Below, piece by piece: positions 17,381 to 26,217 of a stretch of 51,137 nt of DNA. Source of the DNA: a virus. Taxonomy: Duplodnaviria; Caudoviricetes. The notes below the pieces were generated by a model that saw nothing but the letters and a program-made list of their open reading frames with translations, was not told the origin of the DNA and did no database searches. A program made the position numbers and the translations under genes. Within the stretch, counting starts at the first letter, position 1. Each line of letters begins with the position of its first letter. The DNA is taken from IMG/VR virus record IMGVR_UViG_3300037962_000135, positions 1 through 51,137 of that record; one strand, 5' to 3'.

Positions 17381-17801
17381 TAGCCGTAAAATTGCAGTTT
17401 ACTACGCTGATAAAATGGCTTTGAGTATCGTTTGTGACAGACGTTGGACCGCTTACGGGTCCTACTCTAGGAGTAACCGAAAAAGTATCTGAATAGTCAG
17501 AAGCATTTACTGATGTCATTCCATCAATTACTGATTCAGCTATAGCAGAAGCTACTGCACTTCCTTTATTAGATGGTGTCATAATCGCACATCTAATTGT
17601 TCCTGCGTAATAATCTGTAGCTGCACCCTGAGGTTGAGTTGTTGATTGGTCAAAGTCTAAACTTACCATCACATACTTTTTGTTTTTACCTGGAGTTGTG
17701 AAGGGCATATTATCAAACACCAGTGTAACTGTGTTGTCAGCAGTAGTTACTGCGTTTTTGATTGCTGTTTCAAATGCTGCTCGTGTGTTTACTAAAGTCA
17801 T
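17373..17801 (-). CDS. Tail terminator-like protein
   Basis: FDNMPFTTP motif, size and synteny. Confidence 0.65.
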   Translation of the reverse strand: MTLVNTRAAFETAIKNAVTTADNTVTLVFDNMPFTTPGKNKKYVMVSLDFDQSTTQPQGAATDYYAGTIRCAIMTPSNKGSAVASAIAESVIDGMTSVNASDYSDTFSVTPRVGPVSGPTSVTNDTQSHFISVVNCNFTANG

Positions 17802-18184
17802 TAGAAAATAACGTCAACTCTGAATAGATACTCCTGACCACCACGCAAAGTTCTTACATCTGTAATCTTTGCAACTCTGGTCGATCCAGAAAATGTAAGA
17901 GTAACCTCATCTGATAGTAGCGGTTGGCTGTCTCCTATAAGATCGGGTGTTATAAAAATTCTAGCTACGTTTTCCTGAAATCCTGTTTCCTCTGTGGATT
18001 GTATAAATTCTACGGGAACTTTTATTGTGTAGCTAGTGTCACTGGTAGTTACTGCACCAGTAGATGTATTGTATGACGTAGATAGTTTTCTAGTGTAGAT
18101 AATTGTTGTGTCTAATGAGTCTCCTAGTTGAGACACCACCTGTTTGGCTACGTTTTTTAGTAGTGAGTCTAGTTGTCCTGCCAT
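17801..18184 (-). CDS. Head closure/stopper-like protein
   Basis: YNTSTGAV motif; follows the adaptor gene. Confidence 0.6.
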   Translation of the reverse strand: MAGQLDSLLKNVAKQVVSQLGDSLDTTIIYTRKLSTSYNTSTGAVTTSDTSYTIKVPVEFIQSTEETGFQENVARIFITPDLIGDSQPLLSDEVTLTFSGSTRVAKITDVRTLRGGQEYLFRVDVIF

Positions 18185-18714
18185 TATCCTCTAACCGCCC
18201 GTAGTTGGAAACTGCCAGCACCACCAAGCATATATGCTCCAAGATAACTTTGTAGCCATGGGTAAACATCTAAAATATTATTTATAGATCCTGTTCCCTG
18301 ACTTGCGGTGTTGTATTTAACTTGAATATCTCCTAGTTTTACCTCTTCAAAGTTTCCATCTTTTCCTGTAGTTCCTGTTATTGCATCGGTATCGTTTGCT
18401 AAAGCTCTGGCTAATTCATATTGTGCATATTTAATTGGATTAGGAATTTTAGAACAAGCCAGTTCAACACCATCTACCTGATAATTATTTCTCGGAAATT
18501 TTAATGCCTGTCCATCATCACATCTATCTCCATAAAAAACTAAAGTATCAATCCATCTAGCAGCAGATATTAATGATCTTTTCTTTTGATCGTCTGTTTT
18601 GTTTGTCCAAGTAGAAGAATCTGGAGAGGTGTCGAAATAGTCGTTAGCTTCTGTCAATGTGACATAACTATTAGCATTTTCTCCTTTTATTGTTGCGTCT
18701 ATAGTAGCTGCCAC
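18184..18714 (-). CDS. Head-tail adaptor protein
   Basis: ANSYVTLTEANDYF, QALKFPR, IPNPIKYAQYELA; first gene after capsid. Confidence 0.75.
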   Translation of the reverse strand: MAATIDATIKGENANSYVTLTEANDYFDTSPDSSTWTNKTDDQKKRSLISAARWIDTLVFYGDRCDDGQALKFPRNNYQVDGVELACSKIPNPIKYAQYELARALANDTDAITGTTGKDGNFEEVKLGDIQVKYNTASQGTGSINNILDVYPWLQSYLGAYMLGGAGSFQLRAVRG

Positions 18715-18749
18715 GATTATTAAAGTAATTTAGTTTTATTGTAGCGTAA

Positions 18750-18782
18750 AGAAAAAACCCCACCAATATTTGATGAGGTTTA
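18750..18782 (-). terminator. Intrinsic terminator after capsid gene
   Basis: Minus strand AAACCTCATCAA-ata-TTGGTGGGGTTT followed by T run. Confidence 0.75.
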
Positions 18783-18803
18783 TTGACCACCAATTAAATA
18801 GTA

Positions 18804-19895
18804 CTAAGGATTAGTACCTGTATCAAGTGGTGAGTTAACGATTAGCTCGACTATAGGGATTAAATCAGCATCATATGTGATTGCCCAGTTGTTATCGTTA
18901 GCTAATGCTGCGTTAGTTGGGTTATCTGAAGCAGATGTCCACTTAGTTCCCATAACGTGATAAGCACTATGATAATCAACAGACATAACATCTTGCTTAG
19001 ATAAGATGTTTCTATCTGATTCAATGCTTAGAGGAGATTGCTCACCTTCAAGAATTGTTCCTGACTTAATTAAGTAGCAACGGAACTCTTTTTGATGACC
19101 TGTTGTACCAGGATGAACTGTATTAACTTGAGAGTCAATAACAACATTCATTCCAGCAAACTGACCGATGCTTGTTTCATTAACACCGACACCGCCACCA
19201 CCCCAAGTTACTGCACCACCAGTTGTGAGAGCAGATGTTGAGAATGTAAGCATACCAACCTGATATAAGTAGTAAGCAACAGATGGATGAACAACTAGAG
19301 TGTCTAGCTCATCTCCTCTTGTTCCAAGAAGTGATCTTCCTCTTGCAACTGTAGAAGCTGTCAAAAAGTTATCAGTATCAGCACCAGAAGCAGCACCTTT
19401 ACTTAAATCAAGTGAGTTTGCACCTAATGGTCCAAAAGTAGATCCAAACAAACCATCTAGCAAGCTGAATAGTCTTGCAGAATTTAGTTTGTTGATAGCA
19501 TCTGCAATTTGGTTTCTGATGTGACCCATTGGATCTTCACCAGCAGCCAATACAGCTACATCATCAACAGCATACGCAAAACCTCTGTGACAGATAGTTG
19601 CGATCTGTGTATCTGTACCAATCTTCTGTGGTGTCAAGTGACCTTGGTTACTTGTACCCCATGTTGCTGTACCATCTAAGATTTCCTCAGTTGGTGTGAT
19701 TGGGTTAAATTCTGGAACTTGTATTCTTGTTCCACCTTCTGTTGCGTCAAGAAGTGAGTTTCTTACAACAGCACCAGATTTTAAAAATGCACTACGTTCC
19801 TTAATAGCTTCGGAAACGTATGTGCTGAGATTATTTCTCTTAACGATGTCCGCTAATAGGACACCGCCAGAATAATTCTGAAACGGAGCAGCCAT
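18804..19895 (-). CDS. Major capsid protein
   Basis: 363 aa between scaffold and adaptor; AFLKSGAV, GEDPMGHIRNQIA, IESDRNIL. Confidence 0.88.
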   Translation of the reverse strand: MAAPFQNYSGGVLLADIVKRNNLSTYVSEAIKERSAFLKSGAVVRNSLLDATEGGTRIQVPEFNPITPTEEILDGTATWGTSNQGHLTPQKIGTDTQIATICHRGFAYAVDDVAVLAAGEDPMGHIRNQIADAINKLNSARLFSLLDGLFGSTFGPLGANSLDLSKGAASGADTDNFLTASTVARGRSLLGTRGDELDTLVVHPSVAYYLYQVGMLTFSTSALTTGGAVTWGGGGVGVNETSIGQFAGMNVVIDSQVNTVHPGTTGHQKEFRCYLIKSGTILEGEQSPLSIESDRNILSKQDVMSVDYHSAYHVMGTKWTSASDNPTNAALANDNNWAITYDADLIPIVELIVNSPLDTGTNP

Positions 19896-19922
19896 TCAGA
19901 TTACCTTGTTACTTTTGCGATA

Positions 19923-19962
19923 CCCTAGTCACAGACGAGGGGATTAGTTTCACAGAAACTAA
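19923..19962 (-). promoter_or_regulatory. Twin hairpins with identical loops in the scaffold-capsid spacer
   Basis: TTAGTTTC-TGT-GAAACTAA and CCCTcGTC-TGT-GACtAGGG on the minus strand. Confidence 0.6.
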
Positions 19963-20685
19963 CTATTTTTGAGCCTCTTGCTTGAGCACTGCTGCAAGCT
20001 GCGGATCTTGTTCTAATAGTAGCATTTGTTGTGTGAGATTGCCCGTTTTCCAAGGGTTTACCTGACCTCCACCAGCATTTGCTACGGGGCTAGGTCTAGC
20101 ACCCATTCCTGCTGCTGAACTAGGCTTGAAATGATGTTCCCAACCACTTCCAGGGTTTTTGAGACTGCTGATATAAGTATTTAAATCCTGTTCAACTCCA
20201 CCATTAAGAATAACTACTTTACCTTCAGCGTTCTTTTGTAACTTATTTTGTAACAATGATAAAGTCTGTTCTGCGTTTATCGCTCCAAGGTTACTGATAG
20301 CTGCGAGGGCTGCTGTTTTTGTGGAAGCTACTTCGTGAGAATTTTTCATCTCTTCAAGCTGTTGAGATAGAGATATTATCTGCTGCTCTTTTTCTTGGGC
20401 TGTTTTGTTAGCTTCTTCCCAAAGAGTTTTCCATTGACCCTGTTCTTCTAAATCTTTGGTGCGTTTTTCTTCTTTCTGTTTATAGACATCATCTAATTTA
20501 CCCTTGATGCCTTTAAATTTTTCTTCTGCTTCAGCAGCTTCTTTACGAGCAGCAGCTAATTTTGCTTCATATTCTGCTTTTACAGAACTAAGGTCGGGTG
20601 CTTGTGGTTGTGAAGGAGTGTCAGCCACGGGCTGTTCAGCAGGAGTCACAGAATCAGGCTGAATTACTTGTTCTTCGATTGCCAT
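19963..20685 (-). CDS. Capsid scaffolding protein
   Basis: Acidic coiled coil upstream of capsid; C-terminal NPWK..NLTQQ. Confidence 0.8.
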   Translation of the reverse strand: MAIEEQVIQPDSVTPAEQPVADTPSQPQAPDLSSVKAEYEAKLAAARKEAAEAEEKFKGIKGKLDDVYKQKEEKRTKDLEEQGQWKTLWEEANKTAQEKEQQIISLSQQLEEMKNSHEVASTKTAALAAISNLGAINAEQTLSLLQNKLQKNAEGKVVILNGGVEQDLNTYISSLKNPGSGWEHHFKPSSAAGMGARPSPVANAGGGQVNPWKTGNLTQQMLLLEQDPQLAAVLKQEAQK

Positions 20686-20688
20686 GAA

Positions 20689-20856
20689 TTAATCAGATAA
20701 TGGACTGGTAGTTTTCTTTTTAGTAACTTTTTTCTTAGTTGCTTTTGGTTCGGGAGCAGGGCAAGCTTCAACTGGTGCAGTTGAATGTACAAGTTCTACT
20801 TCTTCCCATTTATAAGTTCCGTCAGATTGCAGAACATGGTCTAAAGATTTAGCCAT
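20689..20856 (-). CDS. 55-aa protein with Lys-rich tail, not in ORF track
   Basis: MAKSLDHVLQSDGTYKWEEV...PKATKKKVTKKKTTSPLSD fills the portal-scaffold gap. Confidence 0.7.
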   Translation of the reverse strand: MAKSLDHVLQSDGTYKWEEVELVHSTAPVEACPAPEPKATKKKVTKKKTTSPLSD

Positions 20857-20889
20857 AATTTTTATGTACTTATCTACTATTGTATCAGA

Positions 20890-22332
20890 CTATTCAGATT
20901 TGGCCTCATTTGCTGATGGCAATACTTCTCCTTGAACTAAAATATCTCTAAATTCCTCTCTATCAATGACTTGTTGATCGAATAGAGATGTTAAGGCTGT
21001 AATATCTTGTCCGATTAATCTTTCGATGTCGAAGTCTCTACTTATTTTTACTTCTGGTGGTTCGATTCCAACATACTCGGCTGAGAGATTGAAGGCTTTT
21101 TGTAGCTTTTGTTCAAGTTCCATTGATACCATTGCGAGCATGGAATTGGTATCTACACGATCTAACCTACGGGCATCTGCTGATTCTGCAACAAACTTCT
21201 GTTGTGATAATGTACTAATCCCTAAAGTAGCCATCTGCATTTGAAGTTCCTTTATTTCTGCTGATTGAGCTTCAAAAGCACTGGAAGCTGGTTCAACATA
21301 GTATATTTTGTTACCAGGTTGAGTTGCCATTGCGTAGTTTACACTGATAGCAAGGTCTTTGGTTTGATCGTCATATCCTTCCATTACAAGCATTGGTTGA
21401 GATGCAACGTGCAAACTATGAATTAAATCAGCTTGTCTCTGAAAATGAGCAATATTTAGATACGCAATGTCCAGTAGAGGTGGTTTGCTTACTAAATTAT
21501 CTGTTTTACCAGAATAAATTGTAACTAAAGGTATTTCACCAAGAGAAAATTCTCCTGATTCAACCTGTTTATAGTCTTTATCAGATGATCCAGCTTCAAA
21601 ACTGCCAACAGAACTTCCGTCTGATACATCATACATTTCTTCTATCTGCTCTTTTTTGCGGAATACTCTGTAACTACCTGGTTCGATTACTCTTACTTGG
21701 TCAAATACTTTTTCTCCGAACTGTCCATCTGGGAGCACAGCTTTCTCACCGAGTCTCACCTGTATTAGGTTTCCGTAATTTGATTCTCTATCTAGTCTCC
21801 AGCCGTAAAGATTGTTTGGGTCAATTTCGATCCAGTAAGGTCTGCGATTCTGTTGACGTTCTTCGGCTAGACTTACTGCTCCTGATGGTGCAGGGTAATC
21901 GACAAGAATGTGGCTTTGGCCGTATGTAAGAGAACACATCAGTAATCTTCTAGCGTATTCATCTAAATCGGACTTTCTGCCATCTACATCCATCTTGAAC
22001 ATTTCGGTCCAGTAAGGATCTCCTGTAAGTGTTATTGGTTTTCTTAATACAAGACCTGTAGCTGCTCTTATTAGTCTCTGGGTAAATGGGGAAAATACAG
22101 CACGATTTACTCTGGCTAAGTAAGCATCGTAATCTTCTCTTGGCTCTAGTGGTAGGAATGTTTCGCTGTTTGTTCGCAGATAATCTGTTCCTTCGGTCAC
22201 AGCTTTCATTATTTCCCATCCTTTCATCATGTCTAGGACAGCCCTCGTGCGAGTAAAAGGACTGTCTATTCCACCTACAGAAGTAGATGAGATAATATTT
22301 GTTCTAATTGGACCAGGTACAGCGTAAGTCAT
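20890..22332 (-). CDS. Portal protein (DUF4055-like)
   Basis: 480 aa; YDAYLARVNRAVF, KPPLLDIAYLNIAHFQRQAD. Confidence 0.88.
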   Translation of the reverse strand: MTYAVPGPIRTNIISSTSVGGIDSPFTRTRAVLDMMKGWEIMKAVTEGTDYLRTNSETFLPLEPREDYDAYLARVNRAVFSPFTQRLIRAATGLVLRKPITLTGDPYWTEMFKMDVDGRKSDLDEYARRLLMCSLTYGQSHILVDYPAPSGAVSLAEERQQNRRPYWIEIDPNNLYGWRLDRESNYGNLIQVRLGEKAVLPDGQFGEKVFDQVRVIEPGSYRVFRKKEQIEEMYDVSDGSSVGSFEAGSSDKDYKQVESGEFSLGEIPLVTIYSGKTDNLVSKPPLLDIAYLNIAHFQRQADLIHSLHVASQPMLVMEGYDDQTKDLAISVNYAMATQPGNKIYYVEPASSAFEAQSAEIKELQMQMATLGISTLSQQKFVAESADARRLDRVDTNSMLAMVSMELEQKLQKAFNLSAEYVGIEPPEVKISRDFDIERLIGQDITALTSLFDQQVIDREEFRDILVQGEVLPSANEAKSE

Positions 22333-22335
22333 TGT

Positions 22336-22620
22336 TTACCATTTAGTGCGGTGTGACCAGTATCTAGCCGTAAAAAATCCTGGGTTGGGATCTTGTGCGT
22401 TATGTCTGGCGTAATACGATCTTCTTCTGGCTTTGTCTTTTTCGGACTTAGGGTTTTTACCAGCACCCACAACCCCCTGTTGACCAAATCGTATTAGTTT
22501 TATTTTATCGCCTTTTTTAGCCAGTACCACATGAGATTTAGTGGGATGACTAGGTGTTTTCTTTGGTTTATTAAATCCCTCTAATCTATTTTTTGTAAGT
22601 CTAGGATCTTTTTTACTCAT
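22336..22620 (-). CDS. Basic small protein
   Basis: KLIRFGQQG...RRRSYYARH...ARYWS motif; very Lys/Arg-rich. Confidence 0.8.
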   Translation of the reverse strand: MSKKDPRLTKNRLEGFNKPKKTPSHPTKSHVVLAKKGDKIKLIRFGQQGVVGAGKNPKSEKDKARRRSYYARHNAQDPNPGFFTARYWSHRTKW

Positions 22621-22775
22621 TTTCCCACCTTTTTCATAGTCAGATTATGAGCTTCAGTAAAAGTTTTACCTTTCAGCATCAGCTTTTTCATCTCTTCCAT
22701 GTGCTTTCTAGTATGAGTACCCTTCTTTTTATGCCTGGCTAAAGCATCTTTCTGTCTTTGAGTTAGGGTTTTCAC
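22617..22775 (-). CDS. 52-aa basic His/Lys-rich protein, not in ORF track
   Basis: GTG start; KTLTQRQKDALARHKKKGTHTRKHMEEMKK...; GTGA and ATGA overlaps with neighbours. Confidence 0.8.
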   Translation of the reverse strand: MKTLTQRQKDALARHKKKGTHTRKHMEEMKKLMLKGKTFTEAHNLTMKKVGK

Positions 22776-22894
22776 TTTTTCTTCCTCTTTTTCTTGGAAC
22801 GTAACTTTTTCAGATCGGCAGCAGTGATCTTATCCCGTGGCGGGGCAACGGAAGCGAGTTTGCGTTGCTTCGCTGAATAAGATGATTTAGGCAT
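22772..22894 (-). CDS. 40-aa basic protein, not in ORF track
   Basis: MPKSSYSAKQRKLASVAPPRDKITAADLKKLRSKKKRKKK; TAATG overlap with the tail tube stop. Confidence 0.8.
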   Translation of the reverse strand: MPKSSYSAKQRKLASVAPPRDKITAADLKKLRSKKKRKKK

Positions 22895-23310
22895 TATGCA
22901 GCGTTGGTGATAGCACCAGATGTGATAAAGCTAACTGAAACAGTTGAAAGATCGCCAACAGTTGAAGATAAACTTGTTCCTGTGACTAAACCAGAAAAAC
23001 TTACTTTTTTAGTACCAGAAGTATCTAAAAATAATTCAAATTGTGCATCGCCAGCATCTTCTGTAGTTAAAACGTCAGCTAATAAGTTTGCAGTTTCGTT
23101 ACCACTAGCTGCTGTATATAAAAAATCAACAGTTCCAGAACCAGAAATTAGACTACCAACAAAACTTCTTGATGTAGCACCATGAGCAGTAACATCTAAT
23201 GTTTCTTTTGTTGTATCTAAAGTCCAAGCTGTAGTTGAAACTACTGCTTCAGTAGTACCAGAAGCGTTCTTAAAGTTAACAGAACCTTCCTCTCCACGAA
23301 AAAATGCCAT
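22894..23310 (-). CDS. Major tail tube protein (displaced upstream of portal)
   Basis: MAFFRGEEGSV, WTLD...DVTAHG...GLISGSGTVD-like pattern typical of siphovirus tube proteins. Confidence 0.75.
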   Translation of the reverse strand: MAFFRGEEGSVNFKNASGTTEAVVSTTAWTLDTTKETLDVTAHGATSRSFVGSLISGSGTVDFLYTAASGNETANLLADVLTTEDAGDAQFELFLDTSGTKKVSFSGLVTGTSLSSTVGDLSTVSVSFITSGAITNAA

Positions 23311-23342
23311 GATCCAAAGAAAAAAGAGTATTTATAGATAGT

Positions 23343-23483
23343 TTAACTTGTAGTTGACTTTTTTACAGTACCTTCTGTTAGTTTTCTTTGATATTGTTCA
23401 CATCTGGGATCCCACAGAGCAGGATTTCTCTTGCCTTTTACTTTTTCGATGATGTCAAGCATCTCGTCTGTGATTTCTGTCAT
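23343..23483 (-). CDS. 46-aa hypothetical protein, not in ORF track
   Basis: MTEITDEMLDIIEKVKGKRNPALWDPRCEQYQ...; ATGA overlap with upstream gene. Confidence 0.7.
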   Translation of the reverse strand: MTEITDEMLDIIEKVKGKRNPALWDPRCEQYQRKLTEGTVKKSTTS

Positions 23484-23740
23484 TTTTTCTTGGATTTCTT
23501 TCTAAGTATATCAGCATCAGCTTTTCTTGCCCCTCCCCTTCCGCTAATGAAACTATTGACTCTGCCCATTGCCCATGCAGCCATAGATACATTTCTTGAT
23601 CCAGATGATAAATATGCTCCCTGACCTCTTCGATAAACTTGAGCAAGCTGACCGTAGGTAAACCTTGTTTTCTTGGCTTTTTCTTTAAGATTTTTTTCTA
23701 CGGCCTGACTTAGAGGTTTTCTTCTTCTTGTCTGTGTCAT
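23480..23740 (-). CDS. Basic small protein (resembles DUF5824-type viral proteins)
   Basis: QVYRRGQGAYLSSGSR...WAMGRVNSF motif. Confidence 0.75.
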   Translation of the reverse strand: MTQTRRRKPLSQAVEKNLKEKAKKTRFTYGQLAQVYRRGQGAYLSSGSRNVSMAAWAMGRVNSFISGRGGARKADADILRKKSKKK

Positions 23741-23915
23741 CTTGTTGGGAACGTAATTTGGAAATGGCTTTTATATCAATATATTGACCTTTTTTATATT
23801 TTTCGGCTGTATCTTTTATTTCTTTTGCCTTTGCACTACGATTTCGAGCACCCGTAAGGTATTTACTAGGTACTCCTGTCTTTTTGTCTCGTTTTACTCG
23901 CCTAAACTTTCTCAC
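23685..23915 (-). CDS. Basic small protein
   Basis: GTG start coupled to the upstream micro-ORF; KKTGVPSKYL motif. Confidence 0.7.
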   Translation of the reverse strand: MRKFRRVKRDKKTGVPSKYLTGARNRSAKAKEIKDTAEKYKKGQYIDIKAISKLRSQQDDTDKKKKTSKSGRRKKS

Positions 23916-23971
23916 TTCTTCTTGGTCTTTTTCTTTTTCTTCTTTTTCTTCTTCATGGAGGAATGGTACAT
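23912..23971 (-). CDS. 19-aa poly-lysine micropeptide
   Basis: MYHSSMKKKKKKKKKTKKK, mixed AAA/AAG codons in frame, GTGA overlap with the next gene. Confidence 0.6.
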   Translation of the reverse strand: MYHSSMKKKKKKKKKTKKK

Positions 23972-23989
23972 AGTGGAAAAAGGAAACTC

Positions 23990-25246
23990 TTAGTATATTC
24001 TAAACGAAGTTTGGCCTAATGTCTCTGGTTTGGCAAGGTTAAATTGCTGGAGACAGAGGTAGCCGAAAGCGTCAAATGCGTGGTCAACCCCAAGGTTTTT
24101 ATTTGGCATACCTGTGTTTGGAGCGTAAGTCAGGGTGCGTAAAGACTTTATCAGTTCTTTGCAACGTGGGTGGATAAGAGTTCTGCGTTCTCCCATTGCG
24201 TCATATAGTGCAGTGTTGATTGCGGTTACTTTGTCACGAACTTTCCAGGGGGATCTGGGAGATGACACAGTAAATCCACTTCTGCGTAGAATAGTATGGT
24301 CCGTTGATCCTACTCCTGATGTTTTTCTGGCAGATCCCGTTGGGTCGGGACAAGCGATGATTCTTCTATCTACTCCGTAACGATTTGTAACTTCTTCGGC
24401 AAAATCCCAAGTTGTTGCACCACCTGTCAAAATTATCTCGTCAAAGACGTAAAGGATGTCTCGGTAGCGGACTGCACATATACCGCAAAGTGGATCTACG
24501 TTAAAATCAACTCCTAATAAAAGTGGGGCGATGGATATGTCCTCCGCTTCGGTAGAAATGTTGGAATCTGAAAAGGAGACTGCAACGAGACCAGTGAGAT
24601 TCTCGAAACTTGCCTCGAACTCCTGCTTGAATGTTCTTCTATCTAGTTGGGCCTTGGCTGCTTCGACTTCTTCTTCTGGAACATTGCCCCCTTCTACTGT
24701 TGTAAAGCTCCAGCGTTTCCAATCTCCTGATGTATCTTCTGGAACGTAGCACCATAAATCGTAAAACCATGAGGCTGTGCCATCTGGTGTAGATATAAAT
24801 AGTGCCCATCCCTGTTTATCTGCGAGGGCTGGTCGAATAACTTGGAACCAGACTTCGGAATCCATAAAGGCTGCTTCGTCAAGTACTACTCCAGCTAGGC
24901 TTCGACCACGCAGGGTTGTTGCATTTTCTGTGCCCTTGAGTTCGATTAGCGATCCATTAATTAGTTCAATTTTGAGGTCGGTTTCGTTTTTGGATTGGAT
25001 CCATTGGGGTGGTATGAGTTTCTTTATTTCTTTCCATGCGATGTCTTTTGCCATGCGATAGGTTGGGGCACAGTAAAAATATGTTTCGCCTGGGCGGTCT
25101 ATTGCTGCTTTGAGTAGTTCGATACAGGATAGGTAAGATTTTCCGAATCTTCTACCAGCGACCAGTACCCTAAATCTGTTTTTTGCGTTGAACACCTCTC
25201 CCTGTGCCCATCTAAGGGAGAGATTTTCGGCTGTTTTTGTACTCAT
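23990..25246 (-). CDS. terL: Terminase large subunit
   Basis: Walker A GRRFGKS, Walker B VVLDEAAF, ISTPDG, nuclease GVDFN...DHAFDAFGY. Confidence 0.95.
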   Translation of the reverse strand: MSTKTAENLSLRWAQGEVFNAKNRFRVLVAGRRFGKSYLSCIELLKAAIDRPGETYFYCAPTYRMAKDIAWKEIKKLIPPQWIQSKNETDLKIELINGSLIELKGTENATTLRGRSLAGVVLDEAAFMDSEVWFQVIRPALADKQGWALFISTPDGTASWFYDLWCYVPEDTSGDWKRWSFTTVEGGNVPEEEVEAAKAQLDRRTFKQEFEASFENLTGLVAVSFSDSNISTEAEDISIAPLLLGVDFNVDPLCGICAVRYRDILYVFDEIILTGGATTWDFAEEVTNRYGVDRRIIACPDPTGSARKTSGVGSTDHTILRRSGFTVSSPRSPWKVRDKVTAINTALYDAMGERRTLIHPRCKELIKSLRTLTYAPNTGMPNKNLGVDHAFDAFGYLCLQQFNLAKPETLGQTSFRIY

Positions 25247-25346
25247 GTAGTAAAGAATAGCTTAAATATTGACGAATTTCTGTGATTTTGTCGACTAAAC
25301 AGTGTTTTTAGGGTTATTATTCAAGTATTAACAACAATTTTAGTCC

Positions 25347-25799
25347 GTGGCTGATTCTGTTCTTCGTAATACAAATGGTCAATTTACATCCGAGCGAGCT
25401 TTGAAGGATGGGAGAGTATGTGGAAAAAGACAACCTGATGCAGTAATAGAAGCAAGAAGGCAAAGACTGTATTCAAAGCAGTTGACAGGTAAAACTACCA
25501 GACAATTAGTGCATGAGCACTCATCTAGAGAGGGTATTGGGATAGATACAGCTTGGAGCGATTGGAAACAGGTGAAGAAATGGAACGATGAAGATTGGGA
25601 ACAGGATAGAGAGAAGATGGTTTCACGACTCCAGGGAATGAGAATGAGGCTGTTTGACCAGGCTGTAAGAAAAGGACAGTTGCAGACGGCTGCTCAGATA
25701 CTAGATTCTCTTGGTAAAGTATTAGGCGAGAGTGTAGAAAACATCAATTTAAACACTCCACAACTATCAATTCAAGTAGAGCCAAAGAAAAACAGTTGA
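25347..25799 (+). CDS. Putative terminase small subunit / HTH protein, divergent from terL
   Basis: 150 aa, HTH-like N-terminal region then helices, adjacent to terL. Assignment inferred. Confidence 0.5.
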   Translation: MADSVLRNTNGQFTSERALKDGRVCGKRQPDAVIEARRQRLYSKQLTGKTTRQLVHEHSSREGIGIDTAWSDWKQVKKWNDEDWEQDREKMVSRLQGMRMRLFDQAVRKGQLQTAAQILDSLGKVLGESVENINLNTPQLSIQVEPKKNS

Positions 25800-25824
25800 C
25801 ATTAGTGTAATATTGTAGTATTAT
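25796..25824 (+). promoter_or_regulatory. Sigma70-type promoter
   Basis: TTGACA-17 bp-TATTAT. Confidence 0.6.
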
Positions 25825-25933
25825 TATAGTGTAGTATTTTAGACCTTAATCTATGATTTATCAGTAAGTTCCGTGCTTTACTATGTGGCTTGGGAAAATT
25901 TTTGACCTGCCCCCTATGTATCATTTGATACAC

Positions 25934-25966
25934 AAAAAAATTCCCCAGACTGTGAAGAATAGGGAA
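25934..25966 (-). terminator. Intrinsic terminator ending the minus-strand early operon
   Basis: TTCCCTA...TGGGGAA followed by T7 on the minus strand. Confidence 0.6.
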
Positions 25967-25990
25967 GGGGGGATAGTGTGCGGGCGTGGA

Positions 25991-26176
25991 TTAGTTCAGT
26001 TTATAGCAGATATCAGAATTAGAATAAATTTTCATACATTTTTCGTAGGCTGTATTGTCTACGATACTTGCGAAAATAAAAGTACTGATAAAAATAACCA
26101 GAGCAAATCGAACATAATTAAGATTAGATCGTGTTTCTAATCGGTAGCGATTGCGTGGATTGTTTGAGTTTGACAT
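25991..26176 (-). CDS. Small single-TM protein
   Basis: MSNSNNPR...FALVIFISTFIFASIV...C-x8-C. Confidence 0.6.
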   Translation of the reverse strand: MSNSNNPRNRYRLETRSNLNYVRFALVIFISTFIFASIVDNTAYEKCMKIYSNSDICYKLN

Positions 26177-26217
26177 TTTACAGTGAAGCAATGGGAAAGA
26201 GAAGAAAAACAGAATAA

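Noticed and set aside
23784-23993. Plus-strand poly-Phe ORF or simple sequence repeat
   Set aside because: It is the reverse complement of the in-frame Lys codons of the coupled micropeptide chain.
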